Source: Bdellovibrio sp. (GTDB lineage: Bacteria > Bdellovibrionota > Bdellovibrionia > Bdellovibrionales > Bdellovibrionaceae). Taken from it: 28,779 nucleotides of DNA. How positions within the stretch are numbered: position 1 is the first letter of the stretch; each line of letters opens with the position of its first letter. Where the stretch lies: positions 1-28,779 of the forward strand of contig JBKCUU010000070.1 in the NCBI GenBank assembly GCA_046318155.1, given 5' to 3'. The notes beneath the pieces are model-generated. The model ran no database searches, was not told the DNA's origin, and saw only the letters and a program-made list of their open reading frames with translations. Position numbers and translations under genes: made by a program. Shown here piece by piece: positions 27,821 to 28,779 of the stretch.

Positions 27821-28013
27821 CGAACAGTTATCTGTGATCAAGTCGATCGACCAACAGACGTGAAAGCCTGAAAGACGAACAGTCATCTTTGATCACGGAG
27901 AGCGACAAAGTCGATCGACCAATAAACAATCAAGACCAAGAAATCACAAGACCCGAAGGACGAGAGGCCATCTGTGATCAAGGAGAGCGACGAAGTCGAT
28001 CGACCAACAAACA
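27821..28013. repeat. Three-copy degenerate direct repeat with palindromic core
   Basis: 45-nt units at 27884-27928 and 27969-28013 (41/45 identical) plus an internally deleted copy at ~27830-27859. All contain TGATCA and GTCGATCGAC. Confidence 0.85.
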
Positions 28014-28032
28014 GAGGCTTTCCAGCCCAGTC

Positions 28033-28401
28033 TTAGCGAGCGTACTTCTTATTCATAGACTCTCTGATCTCAGCGCCCTCGATAGAAAGCCGTGTCCAAG
28101 GAATCGCGCGGAGGCGCTCGGGTTCGATAAGTTCATCAGTTTCTTCACAAATTCCGAAACTGCCGTTCTCGATCCGAGCCAGGGCGTTTTCGATTTCCAT
28201 CAACTGATTTCGCAAGCGCTCGTGACGAGACAAGAACTCGGCTTCGGCCAAAACGCGAACGGTTTGATCGGCTTCGTCTCCACCTTTGTCGTCATTATTA
28301 AGATCATTGCGAGACTCTTTAACGCGGTTGAGGAGTTCAGACTTGGCCTGTAACAGCTTCGACCTGCACTCTTTGACCAGAACTTCGGCGACCGGTGACA
28401 T
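28033..28401 (-). CDS. dksA: DksA/TraR-family transcription factor, one-Cys (likely zinc-independent) type
   Basis: Coiled coil with GDEADQT; IENALARIENGSFGICEETDELIEPERLRAIPWTRLSIEG. Start ATG 28401 (or 28407) after GGGGA. Confidence 0.88.
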   Translation of the reverse strand: MSPVAEVLVKECRSKLLQAKSELLNRVKESRNDLNNDDKGGDEADQTVRVLAEAEFLSRHERLRNQLMEIENALARIENGSFGICEETDELIEPERLRAIPWTRLSIEGAEIRESMNKKYAR

Positions 28402-28672
28402 AAACATCCCCCATTTACTCACTTCGGTTTGAAAGTGCCTACCCCCTCGGTCGGCACCGTTCCCTTTGAATCTAGAGTCAAAACTCAAGTGGACCCATTT
28501 TGGAACTGGTCTATTGAAAGGGCTTTGAATGTTCTTTGCAAGAAAAAACTTACATCGCCTTAAAAATGCTGAAGCACCTAATAACTCACAGCTTCTCGCA
28601 ATATTGCGACTGATGTTTGATTCGCCCCATCTAAAAGACAAGTCAGTTTCACAACAGGACAGTTAAGATGTA

Positions 28673-28753
28673 AGCGGTGCCTGCTTCCCCTTGCAGAAGC
28701 GTTGCGTCATTTCAGTTGTCGCAACGCTTAGGGCAGGGGGAGCAGGCACCGCT
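28673..28753. repeat. 81-nt inverted repeat (REP-like element or small RNA)
   Basis: Perfect 13-bp outer stem AGCGGTGCCTGCT/AGCAGGCACCGCT and perfect 10-bp inner stem AAGCGTTGCG/CGCAACGCTT. Confidence 0.8.
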
Positions 28754-28779
28754 CGAATGTCGAAGGTCCTGCGCCGGCG

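Noticed and set aside
27612..27886. Hydrophobic minus-strand ORFs of 65 and 70 aa as membrane peptides
   Set aside because: Hydrophobicity follows from the T/G-rich low-complexity tract, and no clear RBS.
27821..28013. CRISPR array
   Set aside because: Only two full repeats with four mismatches, a deleted third copy, unequal spacers and no cas genes in the window; kept as a generic repeat.
28402..28641. 80-aa N-terminal extension of DksA (likewise extensions on the cyclase, binding protein and PilZ ORFs)
   Set aside because: Better RBS-start pairs lie downstream and the extensions read like translated intergenic DNA.

Overview
A ~50% GC, gene-dense bacterial chromosomal segment with no recognisable mobile element, rRNA or tRNA. 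Gene content and protein signatures (QNC-type lipobox, RxPAS motifs, REC-GGDEF and PilZ proteins) suggest a Bdellovibrionota predator, by inference. In order: the 3' end of a LamG-domain gene; a tightly coupled minus-strand ung-aroB-aroA-[aroK/aroD/aroE fusion]-aroC operon; an HPF/RaiA-like gene and an aldo-keto reductase; an MpaA-like M14 peptidase and tatA; an unannotated 56-aa lipoprotein; a fused double ABC ATPase; a PilZ protein; a beta-propeller lipoprotein; a minus-strand run of diguanylate cyclase-CDF-trmB-ferredoxin-SDR-trxB-receiver-exoD; speA; two secreted hypotheticals; a YejABE/Opp-type importer; and a DksA-family gene. Main leads: (1) the aro operon matches the domain order of the fungal pentafunctional AROM protein and is partly fused; (2) twin covarying CAA-loop hairpins lie in the speA leader; (3) a structured leader lies upstream of tatA; (4) a 45-nt GATC-rich repeat array and an 81-nt hairpin flank a one-cysteine DksA with a DxxDxT tip; (5) a GTCTCA-N3-TGAGAC palindrome recurs in intergenic DNA. 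All calls come from reading motifs by eye; no database search was run.
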